From NCBI GenBank assembly GCA_951406725.2, contig OX597817.1, positions 144,088,001 to 144,152,000 of the forward strand: 64,000 bases of DNA. The letters run 5' to 3'. Positions within the stretch are counted from its first letter, which is position 1. Every line of letters begins with the position of its first letter. The DNA is from Octopus vulgaris. Lineage: Eukaryota. Under the pieces are notes generated by a model. The model did not search any database. It was not told the origin of the DNA and worked only from the letters and a program-made list of their open reading frames with translations. The position numbers and the translations under genes were made by a program. Below are positions 1 to 13,083 of the stretch, one piece after another.

Positions 1-703
1 GTGTGTGTGTGTGTGTGTATATGTTTGTGTGTCTGTGTTTGTTCCCCCAACATCGCTTGACAATCGATGCTGGTGTGTTTGTGTCCCCGTAACTTAGCGG
101 TTCGGCAAAAGAGACCAATAGAATAAGTATTAGGCTTACAAAGAATAATATCGGTTGTCACATCATTTAACCAGCAATGGAAGAGATTTTACTCAATCGT
201 TTTATCAACAGTGTTCAATATTCCACCTAACATATAAGATGGTGAACTGGCAGAATTGTTACAGTAGTAAGCAATATGCTTATTTTGGGTTAAGACAGGG
301 AAAGCAAATCAGAGATTTGGTGTGTCAATCTAGCTTTTCTGTTCTGTAGAGTGTGTATATATGAAGAGCTTACTTTCAAAACCAGATATATGCATTGGAT
401 TGACTTTTGAGTAATTGTTTAAAACAACAACCTGAATATATATAATTTTGATTGGAAGGCTAAGACTCACTTACTGTCTGTATGGCATTGCGTTTGTCTT
501 TATGTTCTGTGTTCAAATTCTGCTGTGGTTGACTTTACTTTTCATCCATTCAGGGTCAATAAAATGAACATCAGTTGAGCATTGGGTTTGATGTAATTAA
601 CTTACCCCTCCACCCCCCCAAATTGCTGGCCTTGTGCCTAAATTTGAAACCAGTATTTTACCTTATGTGAGAAACTTGTTTTATTTAATTTAATTTCAAG
701 TTG

Positions 704-932
704 GGAAGCTGGCAGAATTGTTAGCACACTGGGTGGAATGCTTAGCTGTATTTCATCTACCATTACATTCTGAGTTCAAATTCTGCTGAGGTCGACTTTG
801 CTTTTCATCCTTTGAGGGTCAATTAAATAAATACCAGTTATATACTGGGGTTGATGTAATTGACTTAATCCCTTTGCCTGTCCTTGTTTTTTCACTCTTT
901 ATTTAGCCCCTTGTGGGCAATAAAGAAATAAA
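704..932 (+). mobile_element. tRNA-derived SINE, family C (head gagctggcagaa.gttagc; centre gcctttcatcctttcggggtcgataaa..agtaccag)
   Basis: B-box-like gagttcaaattc, conserved central block and A-rich tail. Other copies at about 240-655 (split), 14945-15660 (cluster), 23530-23735, 26855-27085(-), 37221-37675(-), 54008-54146 and 55145-55335(-). Confidence 0.8.
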
Positions 933-1038
933 TTTAATTTCAAGGCAATAAATATTTTTCCTCTGAAAAGTACTTCCATTTCATCATATTCCGTATAAGC
1001 TCCAAGAAATCGGATAAAAGTTGTTTTTGTTTTTATGT

Positions 1039-1587
1039 TTTTGAAAAGCCAAACCAATGTGAGTTATAAGAAAGAAGCTAAGTCAATAGTTTGTTCTTTT
1101 GTCTTATATTTTGATATTTTGGGTTAAGACCCCCCCTCTTCAGGAAAAGTAAATCAGAGATTTAGTGTGTCAATCTAGCTTTTCTGTTCTGTAGAATGTG
1201 TATATATGAAGAGCTTTCTTTCAAAACCGGATATATGCATCGGAATGACTTTTGAGTAATTGTTTAAAACAACATCCTGAATATATCTGATTTTGATTGG
1301 AAGGCTAAGACTATATGGTATCTCGTCTAGTTTGACTGAAAAAAATTCCACATGCGTGAAACCAGCAGCTTGCAGATTGTGTTTTAATGGATATCATTAA
1401 ATTGACCAAATATGTACTTATGCCAGTTTTGAAAGCAAGGTCCTCATATACACATACTCAGAACGGAAAAGCTAACATCCTGAAGAAGGGATTTTAACCC
1501 TAAAATATCAAAATATTATAAGATAAAAGTGAAAACTGCTGACTTGTCTTATTTCTTATAACTTGTGTTGTTTTGGCTTTTCAAAAG
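1039..1587. mobile_element. Non-autonomous DNA element with about 90 bp imperfect terminal inverted repeats
   Basis: ttttgaaaagccaaa...tataagaaa...ttttgatattttgggttaa (1039-1128) mirrors ttaaccctaaaatatcaaaa...tttcttataa...ttggcttttcaaaa (1494-1587). An internal part (about 1118-1312) is duplicated at about 283-468. Confidence 0.6.
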
Positions 1588-1639
1588 TATAACATTTACT
1601 CTGTATCACACAGTTCTTCATCTCAACAACTCTAAATTA

Positions 1640-1985
1640 TGCGTGGCTGTGTGGTAAAGTTTTCTTCCCAACCACATGGTTTGGGGTTCAGTCCCACTTT
1701 GTGGCATCTTGGGCAAGTGTCTTATACTATAGCCTCAGGCTGACCAAAGCCTTGTGAAAGGATTTGGCAGACAGAAATTGAAAGAAGCCCAGTGTGTGTG
1801 TGTCTGTCTGTGTTTGACCCTTACCACTGCTTGACAACCAGTGTTGGTGTGTTCACATCACTATAACTTAGCAGTTCAGCAAAAGACACTGACAGAATAA
1901 GTACCAGAGTCAATTTTTGGATTAAAATTCTTGGTGCTCCAGCATGGCCACAGTGAAATGTCTAAAACAAAAGACTGAAAGAATA
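1640..1985 (+). mobile_element. tRNA-derived SINE, family A (diverged copy)
   Basis: gtggctgtgtggtaa ... gggttcagtcccact ... ttgggcaagtgtctt head, internal TG tract, and gtgctccagcatggcc tail. Confidence 0.8.
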
Positions 1986-2119
1986 TACCCAAATTTCCTG
2001 ATATTACCCATTGTGGCAAACCCATTCTTCCAAGTCACCCATCAAATGGTGAGCAGCCCTCCAGTTTTTACTAATTTGCATGGAATGAACATTTTTCCCC
2101 TCCTCTCTCTCTGTTTCAG

Positions 2120-2262
2120 TAAATGGTGCTGGGTTGGCAATGGCAACCATGGATATAATTAAGCTGTATGGTGGAGAACCAGCAAATTTTCTGGATTGTG
2201 GTGGTACTGTTACAGAGAAGCAAGTCTTTGAAGCATTTAAGCTGTTAACTGAAGATTCACAA
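2120..2262 (+). CDS. SUCLG2: Succinyl-CoA ligase [GDP-forming] beta subunit, internal coding exon (143 nt)
   Basis: Pyrimidine tract plus tttcag acceptor (AG 2118-2119) and gtaagt donor at 2263. Translates (V)[47 protein letters not shown], the [12 protein letters not shown] signature of SCS beta. Missed by the ORF track. Confidence 0.95.
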
Positions 2263-3348
2263 GTAAGTATTTCAATACTTTTGAAACTTAGATGGTAGGC
2301 ACAGGCACATCTGCATTCAAATTGCAAGCTTTTGGGTTCAGTCCCACTCTGTGACATTTTTAGAGAACTGGGCCAATTAAAGCTTTGTTAGTGAATTTGG
2401 TGGATAGAAATTGAAACAAGTCCATTGTGTCATCATCATTGTCGTTTCATGTCCGCTTTCCATGCTGGCATGGGTTGGACGGTTTGACTGAGGACTGGCA
2501 AGCCAGGAAACTGCACCAGGCTCCAGTCAAATCTGACAAGGTTTCTACAGCTGGATGCCCATCCTAATGCCAACCACTCTGAGGAAGTAGTGGGTGGTTT
2601 TTACGTGCCACCAGCACAGGAGCCAGTCAAGCAGCACTGCATCAATCACACTCAGATGGATCTTTTTACATGCCACCGGCATGAGTGCTAGTCAGGTAGC
2701 ACTAGCATCGGCCACGCTTGAAAGGTGCTTTTTATGTGCCACCAGTGTGTGTATTCAGTCGGGTTAGTCTCTTGCTAGTCTCAGTTTCATCTGTTGGTAC
2801 GTAGGATCTTAGGTAAGTCATGACTGGAAAATTGGGGTTTGCACATTTATGTATAGTTTTTTGGTCATAGGTTGTGACGAGGTGGGGGACAAAATATAAG
2901 TGATGAAAAAGGAGGAAAGCAAGAGGGGAAAAAATGAAAAAGAAATAGAATAATAGAAAGAAGGTGAAAAAGACAAAGAATAAATAGGTAGAAGAGGCGT
3001 AAAAAGCACAGGAAAAATAGAAAGGGAAAGAATAGGAAAAAATGAAAAAGAAAATGAAGAGGGAGCAGGTGTTTGAATAATATAATTTGGAATGGCAGAT
3101 AATGAGCTATTAAAAGTAATGAATGAAAAGTAAAAATAACATGACAGTTATAATGGGAGGTGGTGGGGGCTGAATTAGGGGAATGGGGAAAATAGCAAAG
3201 GGGTAAAGAAAATGTAGAATAATACAAAAAATTTGGGGGATGGATGAAGATTGAAAGGTGTATGAATAAAGTATTGAAAATTACTGAAAAACAAGTAAAA
3301 TGAAATCATAAGAATCAGGTTACTGTGTTGGAGGAATGGTCAATAATT

Positions 3349-3612
3349 CATCATCATCATTTAACGTCTGCTTTCCATGCTAGCATGGGTTGGAAGATTT
3401 GACTGAGGTCTGGCGAACCAGACTCCAATCTGATCTGGCAGATTTTCTACTGCTGGATGCCCTTCCTAATGCCAACCACTCCGAGAGTGTAGTGGGTGCT
3501 TTTACGGGCCACCGGCACGAGGGCCAGTCAGGTGGTACTGGCAACGGCCACGCCCAAATGGTGCTTTTTATGTGCCACATGCACAGGAGGCAGTCCAGCG
3601 GCACTGGCGACA
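3349..3612 (-). mobile_element. SINE-like retroposon, family D (ggcgttaggaagggcatccagctgtag ... acgttaaacgatgatgat tail)
   Basis: Shared 3' region ending in a (GAT)n tail. Other copies at about 2430-2745(-), 7440-7648(+), 9146-9623(+), 17670-17997(+), with fragments at 14904-14944 and about 63200-63293. Confidence 0.75.
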
Positions 3613-4003
3613 ACAAGTGAAGTAAAGTAAAATTGAATAAATGAAAAAAGATAAGGAAAGGGTAAGTGTTAGTGACAGGAAATGTATCCAGTTGTAAAAG
3701 AAATCCCCTGATAGTATATTTGTGTAACCCACAGAAAAGTGGGTCCTGAAAATATTATTCTACAAGGTATAGAATTTTGTGGGATTTTCTGTTGACAACA
3801 ATGAAGACTAGAATAAAATGAAAGTTCATACAAAAAAAAAACAATCATGAATTGAAATGGATGAAAGAATATTCAGAACAAGAAATATAATTAAGAAATT
3901 CCTACACTACAAATTCATGATAATTGCCAAATTGGTTAGACCGTTTTGAAACCACCCTGTCTGATACCAATCCTAGTTCTATGATACAAGCTTCCTGTTT
4001 TAA

Positions 4004-4221
4004 CCCTTTTGTTACCATATTTCTGTTGAGATGCTCTGTACTATTTTCAATTTTAAATATAACAAAGAATTTAATTAAATAACTCAGTTATCATTAAGCT
4101 AGTGTTAGGAACATAAATTGTGACAAAGGTTTGGTGGAAGATTTTAATTCAGAACTTTTGAAAACAAGACATTTGTATTACAGAGCCAGAGGTGATTTCA
4201 TTTGGGTTGATATTAAAAGGG
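4004..4221. mobile_element. piggyBac-like MITE
   Basis: ttaa|CCCTTTT ... AAAAGGG|ttat termini: CCC/GGG ends with TTAA-like target sites. Confidence 0.5.
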
Positions 4222-4890
4222 TTATTAAAGTTGATCTAAATTAAAACCTTTCCATCAAAATTTTGTGTTAATTAATCAGCTTAATAATGCCAAAATTATT
4301 TTCCTAATGTCTTCTATGTTTTCTTCAATCGAAATATGGTAACAAGAGGATTAAAGTGATCTGAAGTTTTATCAAAGTCTCATTAATTTGTATTCTAAAC
4401 ACCAGCTTAGTATTTGAGAAAGAATTTTACTAAAATCTTCACTATTTTCAAAATTAATGTCTGAAGTGAAATGTTCATATTAAAAGGTGCAGGAGTGATT
4501 GGCAAAGATTACTGTTGCAGGGAAACAAATTTCTGCCAATATTCAGTTTTTCCTTTCTTCTATAATGTTGTTGCCAAAAAAATCTGTTCAAAACACATCT
4601 CTTGTGATTGGTCCATTAATTAGGCCATTTTCAACCAATGAAATTTTCTGTATAACTTTATTATCCTGGCTTAAAGGCTGAGTTTCATGTATGACATTTA
4701 CCAAAATGATAACAGTCATGCATGAAAATTCTCTGTTTTAATGATATTTATTTATTTACCAAAGAACTAATCAGTCCATTCCATGAATTTGACATCCTTT
4801 GTTTGAAGTTTATACTTAGACCTGTTTCTCCACATGACTTTCAAATGTGTTCCAGGTGTGTTACATTTATGTTTATTTCCTCTTAACCAG

Positions 4891-5011
4891 GTGAAAGCAA
4901 TTCTTGTGAACATCTTTGGAGGGATTGTAAACTGTGCTACCATTGCCAATGGTATAACTAATGCTTGTAAGAGTATGAAATTTGACCTTCCTCTTGTTGT
5001 ACGACTTGAAG
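4891..5011 (+). CDS. SUCLG2: SUCLG2 penultimate coding exon (121 nt)
   Basis: aaccag acceptor and gtaagc donor. Encodes [40 protein letters not shown](G), in phase with the flanking exons. GGIVNC/VVRLEG matches the GDP-forming paralogue rather than SUCLA2 (GGIMRC/VVRLQG). Confidence 0.95.
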
Positions 5012-5319
5012 GTAAGCCTTACCTTTGGTATAACATAATTCTAATTCAGTGGTTCTCAACTATTTTATTTTTATCTATGGCCCATTTTGATTACTATTTC
5101 ACTCCCCAATAACCATTCAATGTTTAAAAATATTTTGGCTGAATATGGCCTGTTCAAATGCCAAAAAGTTAAGGTTCGACAGTGAAAGTTTTCATCTCTT
5201 TTACTTTCTCTCAAGTTTACTTTTTGTATCCAATGTCTGCTATAACTGATCTTTTAATACTAACTTTACTGTAGAAACAGATGGTCTCGTCAAGTTTTTT
5301 AAATTTGCAGTACTAATTA

Positions 5320-5710
5320 TAGGCATAGTCGTGGCTGTGTGGTAAAAAGTTGGCCTTTCAACCACATGCTTCCAGGTTCAGTCCCACTGAACCTTGGGCA
5401 AGTGTCTTCCACTATAGCCATGGATTGACCAAAGCCTTGTGAGTGGATTTGGTTGACAGAAACTGAAAGAAGCCTGTTGTGTATATGTGTGTGTGTGTGT
5501 GTGTGAATTTGTCTCCCATCACTACTTGACAACCAGTGTTCGTGTGTTTACATCCCTGTTACTTAACAGTTCAGCAAAAGGGACTGATAGAATAAGTACC
5601 AGGCCTAAAAAATAAAGTATTAGGGGTGATCCATTTGACTAAAAGTTCTTCTGCAAGCCAGTGCCCCAGCATGGCTGCAGTCTAATGACTGAAACAGGTA
5701 AAAGATAAAA
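5320..5710 (+). mobile_element. tRNA-derived SINE, family A
   Basis: Full head, internal TG microsatellite, and tail gtgccccagcatggctgcagtctaatgactgaaacagg. Confidence 0.85.
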
Positions 5711-6149
5711 GATGCTTTACTCAGCCCCTGCATTGTTTCCTTGTGTCATCATTTCTGATGTGAGCCTCTGTTTGGTACTCAGTGAATTTATTCCCCTTCT
5801 TCACCCAATTCTCATGCTTTCTCTGGAGAATTACAATTTCTGTTTGAAACACAAGTGTGTTAGGGTATCAAGTGGGTGGCTAGCACCTTTGTTGATTTAC
5901 AAAGGTGCAAGAGTATCAAGTAGGTGTTTAGATGTTGATACCAGCACTCTGTTTTATTTGTTACCTTCCATTTATTTAATTTAACCCTTGAGCTTTAAAC
6001 TGGCCATATTCGACCCAGATATTCTACCCCTTTTTTATGCTCAAACGAGCTAGATCTAGCTTTCCACACCTACTGTATAATGTCATTCTAAAAATAAACA
6101 GTCAGAAGATAATGAATAATTAATTCAAAACAATGTGAATAAATAAACA

Positions 6150-6477
6150 AAGTCAGGAAACATCACAGCTCCCATGACTTTAGGAAATATTTTTTCACGC
6201 TAAGAGTTGCTGAAGCATGGAACAAATTACCTGCATCAGTTGTTAGTTGCTGAGACATTGCATCCTTTAAAACTTCAATGCTTCCTGATATTCGCCAACA
6301 CTGCACCCGATATCCCCACCTCCATACGCACGCACACATGCATATCATGACTCATATATTGTTCACTTTCCTGACTTTTGTACATAATTCTATCTACTGT
6401 ACATGCACCTTTGATAAGTTGTAGTGCACCTGGGTACTATACTCAATAATTTCATTATATTACATTATATTATTAAG
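6150..6477 (+). mobile_element. 3' end of a CR1/L2-group LINE inserted into a piggyBac-like MITE (about 5985-6508)
   Basis: Translates RKYFFTLRVAEAWNKLPASVVSC*DIASFK, the typical FF..RV...WN.LP..VV.....FK ORF2 C-terminus, followed by an (ATT)-like tail. The flanks rejoin to match the MITE end seen in reverse at 53899-54000. Confidence 0.7.
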
Positions 6478-6666
6478 GATGACAGAGTAATCTGAATGAT
6501 GAAGAGGGTGATTCAAAAGTCACCAGACATAGGAACAATTAATCTTTTTTATAAGAAGCAGTTTATAAGAACATTTTTTAAAATTATTTAACAGGCTCTA
6601 TATACAATAATAAATCTCTGAGCAAGGTATAAACAGTAGCTGTACGACATTGTAAAGTATTTGCTA

Positions 6667-6921
6667 CTTAAATGTGGCTAACCCTTAAAGGTTGATGCTA
6701 CTGTAGCTTGTAGCTCCAGGAAGACGTCTCCTCCAGCTGGCCATTGACACACTTTCTGTGCCCTATCAGTATTTGCAAAGGGAAGTCATCGTTCCCATCT
6801 CCAGCCTTTGCAAATACTGATAGGGCACGGAAAGTGTGTCAATAGCCAGCTGGAGGAGGCGTCTTCCTGGGGCTACAAGCTACAGTAGCATCAACCCTTA
6901 AGGGTTAGCCACATTTAAGTG
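6667..6921. repeat. Long inverted repeat (about 115 bp arms, about 23 bp spacer) of a Penelope-derived repeat within a SUCLG2 intron
   Basis: acttaaatgtggctaaccctt...tttgcaaagg (6667-6781) and cctttgcaaa...gggttagccacatttaagt (6805-6921). The same family occurs un-inverted at 23832-24088. Confidence 0.85.
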
Positions 6922-9145
6922 ACAAATATCCTTCATGAGGCTCTATATGGTTACCATTGTTTGATGATTGCAATACATTTATCCAATGTGAACTCGTAAT
7001 TGCACATCTGGTGATACATGTGCAAATGAGTTGGTGATACGTTCCTTCAAATGATTTATGTTTTTTTATCTTTCTGTGATACACCATGCCTTTCAAATGC
7101 CCCCAAAGATAGAAATCAAGAGGGGTCAGATCAGGGGATCTAAGGGATCTTATAAACTGTTTCTTATAAAAAAATTAATTGTTTTCCTATGTATGGAGAC
7201 TTTTGAATCCCCCTGTATTTTCTCTGTTGCAAACCATCAGTTATTTCTTTCACAAGACACCTACCCCTTCTATTAAAGATTCCCCTCATTGTTCATGAAG
7301 ATCTATCTGATGATAGCTTTTAACAATACTTAAGTAATTTTTATTTTGACCGCTCCCTCCCTTTCCCCCTCTTTTATTATTGAAAAGAAATGCAAAATTT
7401 CTGTTAGCAGTTTGTCAGTAAAAATATTCAGAAGAATTCCTGTCTTGCAAGTTACTTACAAGTGCTAGTGGCCTGTAAAGAAGCCCCTAATATGCACTGT
7501 AAAGTAGTTGGCATTAGGATGGGCATCTGACCATAGAAACCCTGCTAAAGCTGAAACTGGGACATGACACAGCCCTGTGGTTCACCAAATCCTGTCAAAC
7601 CACCCGACCCATGTCAGCATGGAAAAACAGACATTAAACGATGATGAAGGATAAATTTTGCTACGAGAACCCCCTCCGCTTTCTCCACCTTCCCCTTGAA
7701 CTGTATAAATCTATTTGCTTTGTCGGAAAACCTCGCTTGACTTTTAAGCTGCTCAAACATAATGACAATAAATTTAGTTCAAGCTACTTGGAACATAATA
7801 ACAATAAATTCACTTTCAAGCAAAACACCCCAAAAAAACCTCAGAACATGACAGTTTGCCTACAATCCGGTTCTGTTATTAATTCCGTGTAATTTGTTCT
7901 CTGACATGGAAGCTATTTTAAAGCCTCTAACGTTCTTGTCAACAGATCTTGGTTTGCTAATTGAAGAACATTTGTTAAAATCAGTGAAATGTGTCATATC
8001 AGAAGTGAAGAATGGTTGTAATATATGGCACATGCATAAATTGTCAGCCTTACTTTCTCTCTCCCTTTCTCTCCCGCTTTCTCTCCCTTTCCCTCCCCCT
8101 TTCTCTCTCTCTTTCTCTCATTCTTGAACAGTCAAGCCACATTTAGCACTCAATCCATCATCTTTTACTCTCTATGGTGAACCGATCAATTGCCAATTTG
8201 TATCTTGGCTTATAAATCAAATTACCATTTTTAAACAACCATTTTTCTAGAGTTACACCATAATATTTTAACATTTAGATTTACTTTTTATTCTTTATTT
8301 TCTTTTTCCTTACCTCAGTTCTTTGTTATTAAGAGCATTTAAAGAAAAACAAAAACGACTTGCATTGAATTTAGTCAATTATCTATTATAACTTTCTTCA
8401 ACAACATTTCTTTACACTTTTCATTTTTCTTTTAAACCAATTCTTCTGTAACTCTTTCTGAAAGCAGCAAATTGGTAGAAAAAAAACAAAAAAAAAAATG
8501 TTTGTATTCTTGTTACTAAAGTTTTTCTTTATCTGTAGAGGATAAAATAAAACGACCATGTGTTCTGTGAGTAAGTATTTTCCTGGTGGAAAAGGGGAAT
8601 GTTAAGATTGATTTTGGTTTGAGTATTGAATATTTCCTGCTAAACAAAGCTATTGACGTGTTCAAAGCATCAGGAAAAGTCAGAGAAATTGGTCGGTTAT
8701 TCTATTATTAATATCCCACCATCAACTGACGACACTTTCTTACATAAAAAAATTATTGATTTCTATTTTTTTTTATTAGATATTAGATCAATATTTGGAA
8801 GCAAGAGATGCAGTCAGTTGCATCATCGTTAATGGATGTAGACATAATTCTGTACTTAATGAGGTTGGTTAGCAATCAAATAGTTCATAGTTTTGTGGTG
8901 ACCTCAGCTTTATGTGTGAAAAGCCCATTAGATGGACTATATTTGATGTTTTGAAACCCTGTAAAGACCAGGACACTGCCCTTCCTCCTCTAGTTGAGCT
9001 ATAAAAACTTTTACAGATCTCATTAGATACCAACATATTACTGGTACTGATTGCAACAATTGCAGAGATGAAAAGACAGTATTATACTGGGTGGAATTTC
9101 TAAGTTCATGTCTTTTGTGGGCCAACTTTGAATAACATTTTTCAT

Positions 9146-9623
9146 GACAGGGCAGCTAACCGGCTTCCGTGCCAGTGGCACATAAAAGGCACCATTCGAA
9201 TGTGATCGTTACCAGCATCGCCTTACTGGCACTTGAGCCCCGTGCTAGTAGGGTGCTAAGGGCACCCTCCGAGCGTGATCGTTGCCAGAGCAGCTAACTG
9301 GCCTCCGTGCCAGTGGCACGTGGAAGGCACCATTCGAGCATGATCGTTACCAGCATCGCCCTACTGGCACCTGTGCCGGTGACATGTGTAAAAGATTTGA
9401 GCGAGGTCGTTGCCAGTACTGCCTGACTGGCCCCTGTGCTGGTGGCATGTAAAAGAACCCACTACACTCTTGGAGTGGTTGGCATTAGGAAGGGCATCCA
9501 GCTGTAGAAACTCTGCTAGATCAAGATTGAAGCTTGGTGCAGCCATCTGGTTCGCCAACCCTCAGTCAAATCGTCCAAACCATGCTAGCATGGAAAGCAG
9601 ACATTAAACGATGATGATGATGA
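9146..9623 (+). mobile_element. Family D retroposon with internal tandem repeats
   Basis: Repeated ccgtgccagtggcac.taaaaggcaccattcga..gtgatcgttaccagcatcgcc.tactggcac units ahead of the conserved 3' end and (GAT)n tail. Confidence 0.75.
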
Positions 9624-9659
9624 TACATATATATATGTGTGTGTGTGTGTGTAGAGGTG

Positions 9660-9875
9660 TGTGGATTGGTGGTTAGGGTGTTCGACTCATGATTGTAAGA
9701 TTGTAGTTTTGATTGCTGGAGCAGATAACGCATTGTGTTCTTGAGCAAGACACTTCATTTCATGCTGCTCCAGTTCACTCAGCTGGCAAAAGTGAGTAAT
9801 CTTGCGATGGACTGGCATCCCATCCAGGTGGGGAATTTATACACTGTGGAAACTGGGAAACTGACCCTTATGAAT
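9660..9875 (+). mobile_element. tRNA-derived SINE, head E plus tail 2
   Basis: ggtggttagggtgttcgactca head, gtgttcttgagcaagacact CORE-like block, and gcgatggactggcatcccatccagg...ggaaactggg tail. Confidence 0.65.
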
Positions 9876-10249
9876 CTAATTGATTTCTGTAGTTATTATC
9901 AATGTATTTTGGCAATTTAAATAAGAGTTTTGACTGTTATTTCCAGTAAGTAAACATACATAATATGTCCTTTGATTAATTTTAATCCTTCCGCTATTTA
10001 ATGCTTTTTTGGGGCCTGCATTCACCTATATTATTGATTCTGTTATTATCATTTTTAAATTGTTACACTAGATAATAACAGAGTCAATGATATCTTTGTA
10101 AATTATTTTTCTCATGAATTATTTGCTCCATATTGAAATAAATAAATATATATATATATATATACAAATTGAGATAGGGGTTGTAAATGCAACCCTCCAT
10201 GGGATAACATATATCCAATATACTGCTAGTGAAGTACCCATTTTCTTAT

Positions 10250-10283
<34 letters not shown>

Positions 10284-10284
<1 letters not shown>

Positions 10285-10671
10285 TAGCAGTATAGCCCGG
10301 TGTTGCTTGGGTTTGTTTCGACCCTTTAGAATTGGAATTTTTGAAAAGTAAAAATTTTGCATTATGTACCTTGTTATTCTCTTTAAGTGAACATTTTTCT
10401 TGTTGAAATACCCCGTAAAATGGCGACACAGCAGTCAAAAAATCGTAAAAAATAGGAATTTTCATAGAAAAAAAAAAAGCACCTTTTTGATGTAAATAAT
10501 TTCTGGTCTTAACATGGTCCGATTTGAATTTTTTCTTCTACGGAAGGAAGAACAAGCCTTCTTCTATCATACTCTCAATTTTGGTCAACTTGTGCCGCAG
10601 GGTCTCGGAGGAGATAATGTTAGTTGAAGGCTACTAAACCTGCCACACACACACACACAGACAACTTCAGG

Positions 10672-10698
<27 letters not shown>
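10284..10698 (-). mobile_element. Non-autonomous Helitron-like element
   Basis: The minus strand ends ...cccaagcaacaccggg-ctatactg-CTAG|t (degenerate subterminal hairpin plus CTAG terminus). The 5' end lies in (TA)n with an internal CA tract. Confidence 0.6.
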
Positions 10699-10702
<4 letters not shown>

Positions 10703-10854
10703 CGCCAAGGCGAGTTTTTCTCTCAAGACTATTTCTGTTGTGCATGCCTTTTCATGTCCGAGCACACATGACCATGTTAAATATAATTGTTTGCATCTGT
10801 ATTACAATCATTATTATTATCAATTCTCTATTTTTTACCTCTTTTCTTTTTTAG

Positions 10855-10967
10855 GTACCAATGTAGTTGAGGCTAAAAGAATTTTGAAGGAAAGCAAGTT
10901 ACCTATTGTTTCGGCCGAAAACCTAGACGATGCTGCCCAGAAGGCTGTCAAGTCTTTGTCCTTATAA
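10855..10967 (+). CDS. SUCLG2: SUCLG2 terminal coding exon
   Basis: Polypyrimidine tract plus ttag acceptor (AG 10853-10854). Encodes (G)TNVVEAKRILKESKLPIVSAENLDDAAQKAVKSLSL*, phase-compatible with the previous exon. Confidence 0.95.
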
Positions 10968-12029
10968 AAAGAATTTAGTCACGAATGGGTCACCTTTAGT
11001 TGTTCTTTCGTTGCTGCCTTTGCAGCAACGTTCAAAATCCATGAACATTCCACCTGATTATATATTTTCTCTCACTTCCTCTCTCTCTACAGTAATTTTA
11101 CTGCTGACATGTTACGTATTGAAACACACACACACACACATGCTGCATTATTGACTCTTTTCTAAAGATTTTGGGACTAAATGTAAATTGGCAGACACAG
11201 CAAACAACCGGATTAAATGTCTCCTAGTCTTTAATCTTGTATCTTTGTATTCAGGCCCTGTCATCAGGAAGTTTTTAATTCAAACCTTTTGGTATCAGCG
11301 ATATATTGGTGTCAACTATATCTGCTCCCTTACAATAAAAAAAGAAAAAAAAAAAAGACCTCGTTATTAACTGATGTTTCATTAGTTAGAAGTCTTCAAG
11401 TACAATGATATATTTTATTTCATATTTTGTTGCTTCCATTCTTGTGGGTCGTTAACTGGTGTGGAGACTGGTGGTGGTGGTGATGAGGGGTCTGTTTTTT
11501 GATGATAAGTTCTAGGAAAACTTAGGTCTGTGATTCATTTTCCTTTCACAAAAGAAATTTTCATCACTTATGTGGTAGATTTCTTTGTAAATGGCACAAA
11601 CATTGCATATTTCCTGTTTCCACTGCTGTGTAAATTCCGTATAAAATATAGAATTTACTTTTTGAAAGAAATATTTCTTTTTTTATCTACTTTATTGAAA
11701 CAAATGCAATTTTTATCGAAGCATTTTTTTTATTAGCTTATTTTGCCAAAAAAAAACAAACCAATAAGCCATGTTTGCAATCTTTTATTCTCTTGCACTT
11801 ACGCTGTGATGTTTACATTTTAAATACCTTGGCCAAATTTGGGGTTTGATAAACAATGTAAAGGGAGAGGATGTTTGTTTGTTTGTCAAGTAAGGAGGGG
11901 GCGGGTGTATTCCACTGATTGCCAAATAAGGATATATATATTGAAGCATTTATGTCTTTAATGGATGCTTAAAGTTTTTATTTTATCTTTTCTGTTTTTT
12001 TTATGCAATATATTTCATGTAAAATGTTT

Positions 12030-12035
12030 AATAAA
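12030..12035 (+). promoter_or_regulatory. Candidate SUCLG2 polyadenylation signal (alternative AATAAA at 11334-11339)
   Basis: AATAAA near the end of about 1.1 kb of unique, T-rich sequence after the stop, shortly before the (TATC)n microsatellite. No transcript evidence. Confidence 0.4.
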
Positions 12036-12114
12036 AATATCACATCTCTAAAATCAAGCTGTTAAATAAGAAATTGAACCTACATAAAATATGGCATAAA
12101 TTTACAATAATACA

Positions 12115-12178
<64 letters not shown>

Positions 12179-12513
12179 CATCTATCCATCTATCTGTCTA
12201 TCCGTCTATCTATCTAAATTAGAAAGACATAAATTTCACAGATGGATCGCAATTTAATTAATCTCAGTGCTGTTTCATTTGAAATAAACATCAATAAAAC
12301 TGTAATTGCATAATTAAGATACATGATTAATATAAATTAATTGAAATTAATTTAAATTGCTCTTAAGGATCATTTTAGTCGATTATGCACATGCATGCAA
12401 GCTTTTTCCATCTGGAGTTACTGCAATGTTATTACATGTTGGAGTTTAACGACCTATTATTGATTGAACTCTTAATTACTGTGGATTACTGTAGATTGTT
12501 GATGTTTTATACG

Positions 12514-12545
<32 letters not shown>

Positions 12546-12724
12546 CACTATTTACTATTTATAGTATATGTTTTCTATATAGTGTGAATAACATCTTTCT
12601 TTATTGAATTGTTTAATAGAGGTTTTCCTCTAAATTATATATATATAAATTGAGGGAATATTATTCAAAACTTATAGAGAAAAATTCAATTTAGAAATAG
12701 TAAATCAAATTTCACAAAATATAA

Positions 12725-13041
12725 TATATATATAAATTAGAAAACCCCACCTTTTATCAATTCAAAATGAAAAATTAAATTACACCATCTAGAAAATTAC
12801 ATATAATAGAAATATTAAATATAAGATAAAAAAATAATATACCGATGATTAAGTAATGTGCAAAATAATAAATAAAACATATTCTACCAAATATATATGT
12901 TTTATTTATTATTTTGCACATTACTTAATCATCGGTATATTATTTTTTTATCTTATATTTAATATTTCTATTATATGTAATTTTCTAGATGGTGTAATTT
13001 AATTTTTCATTTTGAATTGATAAAAGGTGTTTTTTTTTCTA

Positions 13042-13050
<9 letters not shown>
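12725..13050. repeat. Near-perfect AT-rich inverted repeat (about 155 bp arms, 12 bp spacer) between (TA)n tracts
   Basis: Arms 12725-12882 and 12895-13050, spacer tctaccaaatat. A second rearranged, partly inverted copy of the same family lies at 13890-14172. Confidence 0.9.

Positions 13051-13083
<33 letters not shown>

Noticed and set aside
4834-5112. 92-aa ORF (and 10740-10967) as standalone genes
   Set aside because: They are SUCLG2 exons read through into intron sequence.
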